In this document: in pieces, positions 12,918 to 26,486 of the stretch
Layout of the letters: each line of letters opens with the position of its first letter
How positions within the stretch are numbered: position 1 is the stretch's first letter
Source of the DNA: Leucoraja erinacea
Taxonomy: Eukaryota
Direction of reading: 5' to 3'
DNA: 64,000 nucleotides
NCBI RefSeq assembly: GCF_028641065.1
Contig: NC_073387.1
Span: 13,826,001-13,890,000, forward strand
Notes under the pieces: model-generated
Seen by the model: only the letters and a program-made list of their open reading frames with translations
Database searches by the model: none
What the model was told of the DNA's origin: nothing
Translations under genes and position numbers: made by a program

Positions 12918-13767
12918 CTACAACTGTCAAAGGGTAACATCTGGAAAGAAAGGAATTCTCTCATCAAAACCTGCATGTTGTAACATTGAAAGGTAATTTT
13001 GCAGTATTATGTTCTGAATCTTGTTGTTAAATTAATCTCTCTTTCCCAACAAACTGTTGTCAGCACTGATAACAACCTTCCACTGTAACAACAGTCATTG
13101 ATTTATGTGCACAGTAACAGTCCATTCAGCCCAACAGGTCCGCACACCAACTATGATGTCCATCTCTAACATAATTTGCCTGCATTATACTTGTATCCCT
13201 CTACTCTCCTCCTATCCAAGTACCTGTCCAAATGCCTTTTAAATGGTGTGATTGTATCAGCCTCACTCTACCACCTCCTCTAGCAGCTTATTTCAGACAC
13301 CCGCTGCTTCCTGTGTGAAAAACGTACCCCTCCGAACTCCTTTCAATTTCACCCCTCTCAGCTTCAGCCTTCTAGTTTTTGACTCATCTACCCTGGGAAA
13401 AATAATCTGATTATCCACCACATGATTTTATAACCCTCAATACAATCACAGCTCAGCCTCTCATCAATGAGAACAAAGCCAGCCTATATAATCTCTCCTT
13501 ATAACTATAGCTTTCTCATGCGGCTCAGTCCATATTTGCACCAACATCTACATTAAGGTTTGTCCCTCAGGTCTCTTTTGTCTTATCCCTCTTACCTTAA
13601 GCCTGTGCCCTTTAGTTCTGGATTCCTCCACTCTGAAAAAATACTATTCACCTTGGCACAGCTGGAAGAGCTGGGGAACCTGAGTTCAACCCTGACCTTG
13701 GGTGCTGTCTGTGTGGAGTCCCTGTGATCCCATGGGTTCCTCTGGGTGCTCTGGGTTCCCCCATATC

Positions 13768-14275
13768 TAGGGTTGCCAACTTTCTCATTCCAAACATAAG
13801 GAACAAAAGGACAAAATACGGGACAGATTTCCGGCGGCAGTTCGTTGACTGACTCGGCCGTGACTGGGTGAATGATGAGTTGACCTGGGTGCTGGACTGC
13901 ACACAAAGCCCAGCCGGCGGGCCAGCTGAGTAGTTTTGGCTCGGGCCATGCAACATCGCGCGCAAAGTCCGGCGCCCATCCATCTAATGAGCCGATGATC
14001 GGTCATGAGAAGGAGGGGTGGTGGTGTCGGCGGTAAGCAAAGGTCCGAAGGTCGGACAGCTGGCCGGGCTGACGACTGACAGGGCCACGGGCGAGGCGCT
14101 GCAGCTGCACTCCATGGGCTGCACTAAGTCACGGCGGGGGAGGCGGGGCCGGATGCGGGGCATCGACCCGAGTAATACCAGTCAAATACGGGACAAGGGC
14201 GGTCCCGTATGGGACAAACCAATTTAACTCAATACACGGGATGTCCCGGCTACTACGGGCCAGTTGGCAACCCTA
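13768..14275. mobile_element. hAT (Tip100/Zaphod-like) MITE inserted in an HE1 SINE
   Basis: TIRs TAGGGTTGCCAAC / GTTGGCAACCCTA, 8-bp TSD cccatatc/cccacatc, and subterminal aaatacggga repeats. Confidence 0.85.
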
Positions 14276-14444
14276 CCCACATCCCAAGAACATGCAGGTT
14301 TGCAGGTTAATTGGCCTCTGTAAAAATTGCTTCTAAAAAATGGGATAACTTAAAATTAGTGTGAATGAGTGATCAATGGTCAGTGTGGAGTTGGTGGGCC
14401 ACAGGGCCAGACATTGTATCTCTAAACAAAGCTAAGCTAAACCA

Positions 14445-15520
14445 TATCCATTCCTCTCATAATTTTGTATACTCAGCTCCTCTGCTGTCCAAGCCTATCC
14501 AGCATCTGCATATAACTCAAGCACTTGAGTTCTGGTGACCTCTTGTTCAACACCTTTTCAAGCTGAATAATATCTTCCTACAACATCGTGACCAGAACTG
14601 CACACAATACTCCAAATATGGTCTCACCATCATCTTGCACAGCTGAATGCATGCAAGTCAAATGACTTCTTCACCTCCCTTTCCACCTGTGGCACCACTT
14701 TCAGTAAAGGTGTATGTCTTTACCCCTCGGTCACTCTGCTCTCTAACACTCTCCAGTGCCCTCACATTTACTGTTTAAGCTCTACCCTTGCTTGACATCA
14801 AAAATACATCTCCTCACTCTTGTCAAAGTAAAATTCCTGTTGTCATTCCTTGGTCCATTTCCCTAGTTGACGCAGATCCTTATGTAAACGTCGAAAGTCT
14901 TTCTCACTGTCCATTATACCACCAATTTTGGTGCATCCTCAAGTTTACTAAACTTTGTGAACAACATTGGCATCCAAATCATTAATATAGATGACAAACA
15001 ACAGTGGACCCAGCACAGATCCTCATGGCTCACCTCTGGTCGCAGGCATCCAGTCAGAAAAACAATTAAGACCTGGCCCATCTCCTGTGTCATGACACAT
15101 AGATTATTCCATGTTGATCCTTAAGGAGATTTATTCTATTACTTGTAACCCTTTTGCTCTTACCCATACCTGTTGAATCTCTTAAATCTTTCCTTTATCT
15201 TGTGTACCAGAGCTATCTCATGTCTTCTTTGTGCCTTCCTGATTTCCTCTGAAGTATATTCTTACATTTGTTAAATTCCTGCTTGAGGTACCAGCTGGCT
15301 GCACCTAACATCCGACTTATTATTTCTGAAAAAAGTCTCAATATCCTCATCAACCAAACCTGCCAGCCTTTCCCTTCACTCAAACAGGAACATGCTCTCC
15401 CAATCTCACCTTTGAAAACCTTGCACTTTCCAAGCATCTCCCAGTCAACTTCTGCACGATCCTGTCTAATATCTTCAAAATTGACCTTGTCCCATTTTTT
15501 GTACTTAAGGTAGTTCCCAG
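14445..15520 (-). mobile_element. Old degraded CR1 LINE
   Basis: Reverse complement contains ctgggtccactgttgtttgtcatctatattaat and gagtattgtgtgcagttctggtc, both CR1 RT motifs. Confidence 0.65.
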
Positions 15521-15639
15521 TCAACTACTTTGGTAGATCTAATTCCCCATTAGGCCAGAGCAGATAAAAACAGTCAATTTCCTTTCCAAAAGAAGAATGG
15601 TTGTAACTGGATAAATAATAATTGTCACTATTGGTACAA

Positions 15640-16610
15640 TATAACCATATAATAATTACAGCACGGAAACAGGCCATCTCGGCGCTTCTAGTCCGTGCCG
15701 AACACTTACTCTTACCTAGTCCCATCTACCTACATTCAGACCATAACCCTCCATTCCTTTCATAGAAACATAGAAACATAGAAAATAGGTGCAGGAGTAG
15801 GCCATTCGTCCCTTCGAGCCTGCACCGCCATTCAATATGATCATGGCTGATCATCCAACTCAGTATCCTATACCTGCGTTCTCTCCATACCCGCTGATCC
15901 CTTTATCCACAAGAGCCACATCTAACTCCCTCCATATACCTATCCAATTTATTTTTAAATTATAAAATCTAACCTGCCTCCACCACTTCCTCTGGAAGCT
16001 CATTCCACACACCACCACTCTCTGAGTAAAGAAGATCCCCCTCATGTTACCTCTAAACTTCTGTCCCTTAATTCTCAAGTCATGTCCTCTTGTTTGAATC
16101 TTCCCTACTGACAATGGGAAAAGCTTATCCATGTCAACTCTGTCTATCCCTCTCATCATTTTAAAGACCTCTATCAAGTCCCCCCTTAGAATATCCCCTC
16201 AAAAGAATAAAGACCTAACTTGTTCAACCTTTCTCTGTAACTTAGTTGCTGAAACCCAGGCAACATTCCAGTAAATCTCCTCTGTACTCTCTCTATTTTG
16301 TTGACATCCTTCCTATAATTAGGCGACCAAAATTGTACACCATACTCCAGAATTGGAGACACCAATGCCTTGTACAATTTTAACATTACATCCCAACTTC
16401 TATACTCAATGCTCTGATTTATAAAGGCCAGCACACCAAAAGCTTTCTTTACCACCCTATCTACATGAGATTCCACCCTCAGGGAACTATGCACAGTTAT
16501 TCCTAGATCCCTCTGTTCAACTGCATTCCTCAATTAACTACCATTTACCATATATGCCCTATTTTGATTTGACCTGCCAAGATGTAGCACCTCACCCTTA
16601 TAAGCATTAA
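15640..16610 (-). mobile_element. CR1 LINE 3' fragment with nested second CR1 tail (15761-15932)
   Basis: ORFs EQRDLGITVHSSL...LEYGVQFWSP and IEVFKMMRGIDRVD, plus a nested (gaaacata)n tail. Confidence 0.9.
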
Positions 16611-17280
16611 ACACAATTTCCATTAGTGAGTAAGCTGAACGCAATTTTGACGGATTCCATTTTGAGATTTATATTCACGCTTCACAATAAGAGTAAAGGC
16701 TTGGCTTAGTAATCTAATAAGGTGACCATCACTGTGCCCTTTATATTTATTAAGTTTATAAACAAAGACCAATTTCAGTTGTTTGTTAGGCAATATCTAT
16801 ATTACTAAAAGTCTGATCTTAACCACTTCCTGGTGTTCTGTATATTGATTTTAGAAAAAAAACTGCCACTTATGGCTGTGATTTTTGGCCTTCTTATTCA
16901 GAGTCCCCCTCCGCTGTGCAAAGAGGATTTTTCCCATCGATTAAAAAAAAAGTTATTAGTGTTTTAAAAATGTTGAGATTCTCTCTCCTGAAAGCCACGC
17001 CCCTTCCGGAGGGACTATAAAACCCGGAAGTGTAGAGTGCCTCAGTCAATCTCTGCAAGATGGGGGAAGCGAGAGGGTCACGTCTCTCAGTCTGAGCTGT
17101 GAATAACATTGAACACATGTCTACTAAACTATGAGTGTGGTTTTACTGACCTTGAGCGCCCTTATTGTGGTTCGAAAATGAAAATGTGGTAGGTTCGAAA
17201 TAAAGCACAGCGAATGGTTGGTGGTGGTCGGTTTGAAATAAAGTACAGCAAATGTTTGAAATGGCAAATGATTAAAAGCC

Positions 17281-17388
17281 TAGGTACACAAAAAAGCTGG
17301 AGAAACTCAGCAGGTGCAGCAGCATCTATGGAGCAAAGGAAATAGGCAACATCTCGGGTCAAAACCCTTCTTCAGACTTAACTTAGAC
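17281..17388 (-). mobile_element. Penelope-derived element inside a Helitron
   Basis: Same consensus as the 55905 copy, flanked by the direct repeat ttaaaagcc. Confidence 0.7.
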
Positions 17389-17788
17389 TTAAAAGCCCAA
17401 ACTTGACAACTTCCTGTTTGCACGGTATATTGATTTTAGATAAAACACTACCACTTATGGCTGTGATTTTTGGCCATCTTACTCTGTCCCCCTCCGCTCA
17501 TCAGGTGCAGATTATTCATCCCATCAATGAAAAATAAAAGTGTTATTGGTGTTTAAAAAATATTGAGAATCTCTCTCCTGTCAATCATGCAATGAAGGCC
17601 ACGCCCCTTCCGGTGGGAGGGGGGAGGGATTATAAAACCCAGAAGTTTGGGTGTGGCTCAGTCTCTGCAAGATGGGAAGGGAGAGATCACGAATCTGTCT
17701 GAGCTGTGAATCAACTGAGCACACTGAATGTCTACTGAACTGTGTGTGGTTTTGTGGTGGTTTGTGTGGTTTTATGGTGGTTTCACTC

Positions 17789-18130
17789 TGCTTGAAATGG
17801 TATGAAACTGCATTTGAATGTGGTGGCCTTGCACCCTGCATGAAATAGGATGAAACTGCACTTGAATTTAGTGGCCTTGTACCCTGCTGGAAGTGGTATG
17901 AAACTGCACTTGAATTTGTTGGCCTTGCAACCTGCTTGAAGTGGTGTGAAACTGCACTTGAATTTTGTGGCCTTGCACCCTGCTTGAAGTGGTCGGAAAC
18001 TGCACTTGAATTTGGTGGCCTTGCACCCTGCTTGATGTGGAAGAAAACTGCACTTGAATTCGGTGGCTTTGCACCCTGCTTGAAGTGGTAGGAAACTGCA
18101 TTTGAATTTGGTGGCCTTGCACCCTGCTTG
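17789..18130. repeat. 48-bp minisatellite, about 7 copies
   Basis: Unit ~tgcttgaagtggtatgaaactgcacttgaatttggtggccttgcaccc, visible as a 16-aa periodicity in the ORF track. Confidence 0.9.
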
Positions 18131-18804
18131 TAATGGAATGTCAAGGAATAGCCGTGAGTCAACTGCCAGCCCAGCAGCCATGAGTGAGCTACCAGCACAT
18201 CAGGCTTGAGTGACTGAACTGCCACCTGAAGAATCCATTTCGCCCACAATGTCCAATATAGCCCTCTGGAAACCAGTCCCATCAACCCACAACACCCATA
18301 CTAACATTCAAGACAGCAACCTTAGCACCCACCCCCCCCCCCCCCCCCCCCCCCCCCACCCCCCCCTCCACCCCAATGGCCACCAATATTGGAATTGGTG
18401 GAGAGGTGGAATATTACGTTGGGGGACCAGCCCACCCAAACGGGTCCCACTTGGTCTAGTTATTATCTATAATTCTTTGTTACCCTCAGTCTAATAACCT
18501 TATCACATCTCACTGATCAATGGTATTGGCCAGAAAACAATAGTATATTCCTGAAGATTGTAAATAGAATGATCAATATTATAATATCTGAAGAAGGGTC
18601 TTGACCCAAAACATCACCTATCCATGTTCTCCAGATATGCTGCCTGACCTGTTGAGTTACTCGAGCACTGTGTGTTCTTTTGAGTATAATCATCTACTTG
18701 GGTAACTTCTTTAACAAGGAAATAAAACATCTTCCTGAGCTGTTCAGGGGCATGATTTAAAAGATAACTGCTGCAGGAACAAAGCACTGTTTTGTGTACC
18801 AGGA

Positions 18805-19090
18805 TGTTGCTGCCTTACAGTGCTTGCAATGCCGGAGACCCAGGTTCGGTCATGGATATGGACGCTGTCTGTACGGCATTTGTACGTTCCCCCCGTGACC
18901 GCGTGAGTTTTCGCCGAGATCTTGCTACTCTTTGGACGTCATCTCCTCAATTCCAAAGACGTACAGCTTTGTAGGTTAATTGGCTTGGTATAAGTGTAAA
19001 TTATGTGTAGGATAGTGCAGGGATCGCTGGTCGGTGCGGACTCGTTGGGCCGAAGGGCCTGTTTCCGCTCTATCTCTAAACCAAAACTAA
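18805..19090 (+). mobile_element. HE1-type V-SINE
   Basis: gttgctgccttacag...gggccgaagggcctgtttcc...tctctaaac. Confidence 0.8.
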
Positions 19091-21143
19091 GCACTGGAAA
19101 GACCAAAGTTAAGTCGTTAGCTGAAGAAGAAGGAAGTAGATAGGATGTGAGGTTTGAGAGGGGGGATTAATGAAAGGGGAGAAGCAGGTGGTGGGACAGG
19201 ACTTCCAAAGAGTAGGATCTAGGCAGTTAAAGGCAAAGCTTTTAATTTTGATACACAGAAGGTCAAGATGAGAGGAATAGAGGATTGGGGAGATTACAGT
19301 GGTAATGGCAATGTGGGCAGACAGGGATTGAAACAGTCTGCACAGAATCGAACTGCAGGGTGATCTAGACATAACATGGGTTGAGATGTGGGTACGGGTG
19401 CTTTGGTTGAGCTAATGTTCGTAGAACGAGGAAAATGGAAAACCACCAAACACTATTGAAATCTGGAGGTGACAAAGACATTGATGACGTTCTCTCCACT
19501 GTAAGTGGGCCAACATTTGCATGGGTCTGCTTGACAATCAATCAGAACAGGGTAATCAAAGTCTGTGTTTATTGAGATGATACCAAGCAAGGCATGGGGC
19601 TGAGGCAGACCCCAGGAGGAAACTGGGATATCAACTTTAAAAGAAATGAACAAACCCTGTCAGTGTTAATCAATTGTCTATTCAGGATTCCTGGATTCGG
19701 AAAATAATTTTAGAAAGGAAAATTAAATAAAACTGACTTTAATTAAATTGTAAATGGACTTGCACTGGAGTAAATAACCATTGCGTCATCAAAGGATATC
19801 TGACCACAGAATAATTGAAGACTATGTCTAAACTGTGTTCATTATGGCGTCTGTCCGATATTTTATCAAAAGAACAGGGGTGGTGGGTGGGTGGCATGAT
19901 GAGGGGCAGATGCACAGATTGTTCACAATGCCCCTCTCCCTTAATGCGTTGGGTGCCAAGGATGAAGTGTGCCTCACATGCACCACACCTGTTAAAGCCC
20001 CCAAATCTGCTGCCCCAGGCTATTGAAATTGCCTGGCACAGCTCCAGCACAAGCCTGGCTGATGGCAAAGTCTAACTCCGTGAACCAGAGATGAAAACAA
20101 TTGCAGTGGGGCAAACGACCTTCTTACGCACCGTCAAATTCACTGTAAAATTTAACATGGAAACGGTGCTTTTAACAGCACTGTGCTTCAAGCTAAATTT
20201 ACTCGCAATGTGTTTCACTCCCGTGTCCCTCTCTTGCAATCTGTCTTGATTACTTCCTGTTTGCCGCTGTTTCCAGACCGGCAAAGAAGGCAAGTACACG
20301 GTTCAAAGCTGGTCTCTTGTCATCATGCTTTTAACTGGAAGCTCTATCTGATCTTTCACGTTAACTGTTAGTGGTTATTAAGTGGTTGAAATGTTCAGCG
20401 CAGGGAGTCGTTACAAGGTGCTCGAAACTTAGGAGGCAGTCGGTTTTGAACAGGTGTGAGTTTCTTCTCCTCTCTATGCAACAACAAACAAATGGTAAAG
20501 ATCAAACCATTTCCTATGTGCACACTTTCTATTCATTCCTGTTCTATGTGGACTGTGGAACTGAATTAATTGCAGCTGCAGATGAAAGGAGGGATTAGCC
20601 GGGTCCTAATGGGACCACAGCGAGAGTAAGCGAAAGGGTGGACAGTTTGCAGGATGAAGTAAGTTTCTTTGGCACAAGCACATATGGGGACGTGTAAATC
20701 TTAATTTAACGCTGTGATCTTGATGTTTTGCTTTTGGGTTATATCCAATAGTATGATTGGAGTGGTCCATTTATTGAAACACTGTTCTTATTTCCTATTC
20801 CAATTTGGTTGTTGGTGCAGTCTGCATGAAAACTGACTTTAAATCCAGGAATCTTTTTGTGTTACTGAGTGAACCTTTCTGGTCTAAATGGTAACAGTCC
20901 ACATGACTCTCTGACTGAAAACTCGGCGTCACCTCCCTTTTTAATGAACATTGAGGAATGTTGAGAAACGAGTGCTTTGTGACTTTGGTCCAAATATGTT
21001 TTAAGTGAAACTAGTGGGAACTATATAAAATGTCTAACAAGTCCAGGCAAATGAATAGCAATTCATTGAAAACTTGGAATGATGTGAAATGGAACACCAC
21101 CCGAGGAAAAAGAAGAAGCTAAGTTGAAGTTTGTTTGAAATCT

Positions 21144-21446
21144 GTTTAGTTTAGAGATACCGCATGGAAGCAGGCCCTTCGGCCCACCAAGTTCGCACTG
21201 ACCAGCAATCCCCATACACTAGCCCTATCCTACACACTGGGGACAATTTACAATTTTTAACGAGGACAATTAACCTACAAATCTGTATGTCAAGGAATGT
21301 GGGAGGGAATCGGAGTCTCTGGGGAAAACCTACGCGGTCACGGGGAGAACATACCAACTCCGTACAGGCAGCACCCATAGTCAGGATCGAACCCGTGTCT
21401 CTGGCACTGTAAGGCTGCAACTCTACCGCTGCTCCACCGTGCCGCT
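21144..21446 (-). mobile_element. HE1-type V-SINE, near full length
   Basis: Head ...ccaccgtgccgc and tail tttagtttagagatac, with aaatctgt on both sides. Confidence 0.85.
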
Positions 21447-22379
21447 CAATACCAAATCTGTCTGCTAAAGCCTCAACAAGTTTATTCAGTGGGTGTCAGC
21501 TCTGAGGCATTAAAATTGGCTGTGACATTTTAAAGATTATGATTAGAAGAATTCATCCCAGGATATGTACATGCGTGTGTGTGGAACAGAATTACTCCAG
21601 ATTGCTACACATTGGTAATCGTGTGCATTTGAATGGGTGTCACATTCGGAGGGAACAAGGCTCCATTGTGATCCCTCCGACATTCATGTATCAGCCAAGG
21701 TTTATGAAATGACCATGTGTAAGGCATAAATGAACGATTACTATTTGTGGAATTTATATCCAGGGGATGCCAACAACTTCAGGGGAGGTAGAGAGAGGGA
21801 GAGCAGGAGTAAACTACAACAAAAAACTGTTCTAATAATGACAACATTAAAACAAAAATATATACACCCAATCCTGTATTTAAAATGAAGTAACATTCAG
21901 ATTATTTCACATGCCATATCTCTTCTATCATAGGATGCACAACATAGGAATTGACAGGCTTTTCCCACAATTGAATTTAATTATTACCCCAAAACTGCAG
22001 ATCTTGAAGCAAACTGCAAGTATACGGTTATAGAAATGTTCTGCACTGAACAAACCTGTTTAATCTATTCCGACCATTTCAGTAACACGACTCTGCTTGT
22101 CTCCCCCACCGTCCTGCAATTATTGCCCTTTCAAACTGAGTGGCAGGTTCCAGAGAGCAGTGATGTGCATCCTATCAAAGCTCTCTGAAATGCCTTGATC
22201 GTCTGATATTAGCGGAATGCTACACTTGTAAAAATGCCGACTTTTAAATAGGGCGTTAATCGGACATCTTCGCTTTCGAAGATGACCGTAGAATAATCTA
22301 TATCACGATTGCTGTCTTTGTTTACACTCAATCAACATCATAAAGTCAAGATCATGTTGCTCTTTCTTTTGGGCTGTGC

Positions 22380-22620
22380 GTGATTGCTTTCTGCGTTCCA
22401 AAAGTCACGGCAGGAACCAAGGACTGCTGAAGCAGAAACTCAATTCCAGGCCTAGTCACAGGGAGATATTACCAGGTGGACAGAGGAAATGATTTGAGGA
22501 TGTGCTTGAAAACATGCAACATCCCCATTGACTCCTAGATATCATTGTGATCACTCCCGGTGGAGAAGGAGCATGTGGGATGCCACTGAGAACATATCCT
22601 GTCAATGCTTTAGAAGCACA
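22380..22620 (+). mobile_element. RTE LINE 3' remnant
   Basis: LKTCNIPIDS...DHSRWRRSMWDATEN resembles the RTE C-terminal region. Confidence 0.5.
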
Positions 22621-22976
22621 ACGAATTCCAGCATAAATCTTGAAAGAGTGCACTATCCTAAAGGTTACCTGCCCAGGTGCCAGTGGAAGAGTCTAGGTTT
22701 CAACATTGTCTCAACAGTTGCCTTAGAACCCACAAACCAAACTGGGAGAAAATCACCCATGAACCTGAGCAAAATTATTTTGAGGCAGACAATGTGGCTG
22801 TGGGCCAAGCATCGAAAATGTGTCTAGAATTTAACTTTCATGACCCATGTCTGGGAACTACTTGACATTTTGCACAGATTTAGATCAAATTTAATTCAGA
22901 AAGAAGTCACAATTCGTCAGTGCCAAAAGTTGCACACTAATTGAGATCGAAAAAGTAAAATTAGATCGAAAAAGTA

Positions 22977-23008
22977 AGCGCCATCTAGTGTTCAATGCTC
23001 GTATTACT
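22977..23008 (-). promoter_or_regulatory. CTCF-like motif
   Basis: The minus strand reads GTAATAC...ACACTAGATGGCGCT. Confidence 0.45.
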
Positions 23009-23600
23009 CCACGGGGAGCCTAATTCCATGGTGCGGTCTATTGAAACCATATATTATTATACCATATATATATATATATGACGTATATAGATATATATGA
23101 CTGTAATTATATAAAATTATATTATATAATAATAATATAATGAATGTAATTGTGAGTGCGTATTTTGAATGAGACTGCCACAGAGGTCCGGCTCCTGAAC
23201 CAGCCTAATTAATGGGTGAGGGCAGTTCCACTGGGTTCCCCCATTTACTGAACCCCACTGACTGCCAGTGTACAGAGTGGGGGTCACGGCCATAGTGGGA
23301 CTACGGCAGTGCCAGGCTGGGGGAAGGCTAATGCTTCTTCCACTGACAGGTAAATGTCTAACCCTAACTCTAACTCGCCCCCCCTTCCAGAGCAGCCCAT
23401 GGCTGGAGCTGGTGCCGCTTTGGGACCGGCTGCGGGCTCCATACGTGTGGCCTCGCAGCGCATCCACCTCGGCCAGCATGCCCTTCTGGATCATCATGGT
23501 GATGATGATGGGGAGCAGCACGCCGCCCGGGCCGCCTTAAGCACCCGCAGAGTGCCGGCTCCGTCAGTCCGCCCGCTCGCTCACTACAACACCGGCTGTC

Positions 23601-23722
23601 CGACAGCCCGCCCGACCGACCACTCGCCGACCGACCACTCATAGAACCCACCGACAGCCCGCCCGACCGACCACTCGCCGACCGACCACTCATAGAACCC
23701 ACCGACAGCCCGACCGACCACT
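23601..23722. repeat. 51-bp CpG-rich tandem repeat, about 2.4 copies
   Basis: cgacagccc starts at 23601, 23652 and 23703, with internal ccgaccgaccactc sub-repeats. Confidence 0.85.
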
Positions 23723-24954
23723 CTCAGCGCCCATCGGCGGCCTCAGGATCTGCACCAGTTTCATCCCACATCCCAAAGACATGCAGGCTTGTAACTTAAT
23801 TAGCCTCTGTAAATTTTCACGAGTGCGTAGGGAGTGGATGTGAAAGTTGAGCTAACATGGAAATAGTGTGAGCAAGTGACCAATGGTCGGCGTGGTCTCT
23901 GTGGGCTAAAGGACTGTTTCCATGCTGTTTCTTTCAATCAATTAGTTTTGTACCATCCAAATAAAAATCACTGTCTTCCTCATCTACCAAACATGTTAAA
24001 CAAAATTATGATATTGAACAAAACTGGAGATAGCAGGTCACTTTTTCTTTATTCCTCTCTTTAATAGGATGAGCCCAATATTTGCTTTATTGTCTTCAAT
24101 CATGGTATTTGGATAAAATATACGTCAACAATGTGATCAATAAAATGTATGTTTATGCCCATGCAACCAAGAATCTTAATGGTAAGGTACTAGTATTCCA
24201 GTAATAATCTGCTTAAATAGTAAGTAATCAGTCTGAAGAAGGGTCCCGACCCAAAATGTCATCTATCCTTGTTCTCCAGGGATGCTGTCTGACCCACTGA
24301 GTTACTCCAGCATTTTGTGTCTTTCAATAGTAAATTTATTGTCTGCGGAATCAAATGCCACAGCAGCATTGATGAAAACTACAACAAGGCTTTACCATTT
24401 CTCATGGCATCTTTATTACACAGTGGGTAGTGCATATATGGAACGAGCTGCCGGAGGAGGTAGTTGAGGCAGGTAATATCGCAATGTTTATGAACCATTT
24501 GGACAGGTACTTAGATTGGACAGGTTTAGAGGGAAATGGGCCAAACACAGTCAGGTGGGACTAGTGTAGATAGTGTTGGTCAGCGTGGACAAGTTGGGCC
24601 AAAAGACCTGTTTCCACACAGTAGGAGTCTTCGACTCTGTATCTCTATCTACTAATAAATAAATTGAATTAGAGATATTTTGATTCCAACCATGTATCGC
24701 TGCTAAACTTATTTATTTTGCTTGTGCTGGGTAATTACATTGGCTATTTAAGTCATAGGGTCTGGGTGAGATACAGCACTAAAATAGACTTGTTGTACCT
24801 CCATCCATAAACCATTCATTTAGACTATACCTGCATTCATCCCACATTATATTTACCCATATTCTCATCAAGTGCCTCTTCGCTTCTAATGCTCACCTAG
24901 TCACTACAATTCACAGTGGCCAATTAACCCACCAACCAATATCAATAGTAAACC

Positions 24955-25260
24955 AATATGGTGATGCAGCAGTAGTGTTGCTGCCTTGCAGTGCCTGATG
25001 CCCAGGTTCAATCCTGATTACGGATGCTATCTGAACGGAGTTTGTACATTCTTCCCGTAACTGCATGCATTTTCTCCGGAGGTTCCAGTTTCCTCCCACA
25101 ATCCAAAGACATATAGGTTTGTAGTTAATTGGCTTTGATAAAAAATATAAATTGTCTCTAGTGTGTAGGATAGGGCTAGTATATGGGATCGCTGGTCAGC
25201 GCAGACTCAGTGGGCCAAAGGGCCTGATTCCACGCTGTATCTCCAAACTAAACTAAACCA
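24955..25260 (+). mobile_element. HE1-type V-SINE
   Basis: Same consensus, with a ctaaactaaa tail. Confidence 0.8.
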
Positions 25261-26072
25261 ACCTGTGTGTCTTTGAAAAACCAGAGCACCAGCAGGAAAT
25301 GCACATCTTTGCAGGGTGAATGTGCAAACTCCACACAGGCAGTATCCAAGGTCAGGATTGAATGCAAATCACAGAGACTGTGAGGCAGCAGCTCTGCCAG
25401 CTCTTCCACTGCACTACCTCTTGTGGCTTCCAATCCCTTCTGTTCTAATGACATTTTTTGTAAACACCCCGAGTAAATTTGGTCCCTGAATTTAATTAAT
25501 GACCAGATTAAACCCATGCAGACTTATGGCAGTCTTTAGATGGGTCTCGACCTGAAAGGCCACCCATTCCTTCTCTCCAGAGATGCTGCCTGTCCCGCTG
25601 AGTTACTCGAGCTTTTTGTGTCTATCTATGGCAGTACTGAAGCTGTGTTACACGATGGTGCCTGTTTAAAATCTCCAGGGTTTATAAAATGTTTCAGAAT
25701 CAGGTGACGGGTGGCCAGGAACATTGAATAGGTATAGCGCTTTTAATCTCCTTTTTCCTTTTTTCTTTTTTTTCTTCTCTATTTCGTCTCTTTCTCGTTC
25801 TTTTTCTACTTCTTCTTTTTTCTTTCTTCTTTCGGGCTATCTATCTATTTCACACACCACTCTATGTCAAGCTCTCCTTTTCTATTCTTTTATTTATTTC
25901 CTTATTCCTGTTTTATTATTAAATTAAAAATAAGAAGTTGTATATGAAATGTAATATGTCAACAAGTATTAGGTACTGTGGTACCACATTATTGTACTTA
26001 CTTCTAACAAAAAAATAAAAAATAAAAAAAATCTCTAGGGTTTGGTTCTGCAAAACAGGAGTCCGTCCTGTA

Positions 26073-26486
26073 TCTTCCTGCATCTAGCCTGTTCAACCCC
26101 TTAAGAATTAACTTACAAAATTCTTAAGGGGTTGGACAGGCTAGATGCAGGAAGATTGTTCCCGCTGCTGGGGAAGTCCAGAACAAGGGGTCACAGTTTA
26201 AGGATAAAGGGGAAATCTTTTAGGACCGAGATGAGGAAAACATTTTTCACACAGAGAGTGGTGAATCTCTGGAATTCTCTGTCACAGAAGGTAGTGAGGC
26301 CAGTTCATTGGTTATAGTTAAGAGGGAGTTAGATGTGGCCCTTGTGGCTAAAGGTATCAGGGGGTATGGAGAGAAGGCAGGTTCAGGATACTGAGTTGGA
26401 TGATCAGCCATGATCATATTGAATGGCGGTGCAGGCTCGAAGGGCCGAATGGCTTACTCCTGCACCTATTTTCTATGTTTCTATGT
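26073..26486 (+). mobile_element. CR1 3' fragment with short inverted 5' end
   Basis: DRLDAGRLFPLLGKSRTRGHSLRI and a (ttctatgt) tail. Segment 26073-26108 is the reverse complement of the adjoining CR1 start. Confidence 0.85.

Larger units (their letters stand above)
16796..18459 (+). mobile_element. Non-autonomous Helitron with internal duplication and minisatellite
   Basis: a|TCTATATTACTAAAAGTCTG ... accc-aaac-gggt cccacttggtCTAG|t. Segment ~16820-17140 is repeated at ~17410-17740. Confidence 0.8.

Noticed and set aside
17581-18285. 234-aa ORF with 16-aa repeats, and the 48-bp array as a possible CRISPR
   Set aside because: Contiguous minisatellite units with no unique spacers, inside a Helitron in a vertebrate genome, open in several frames.
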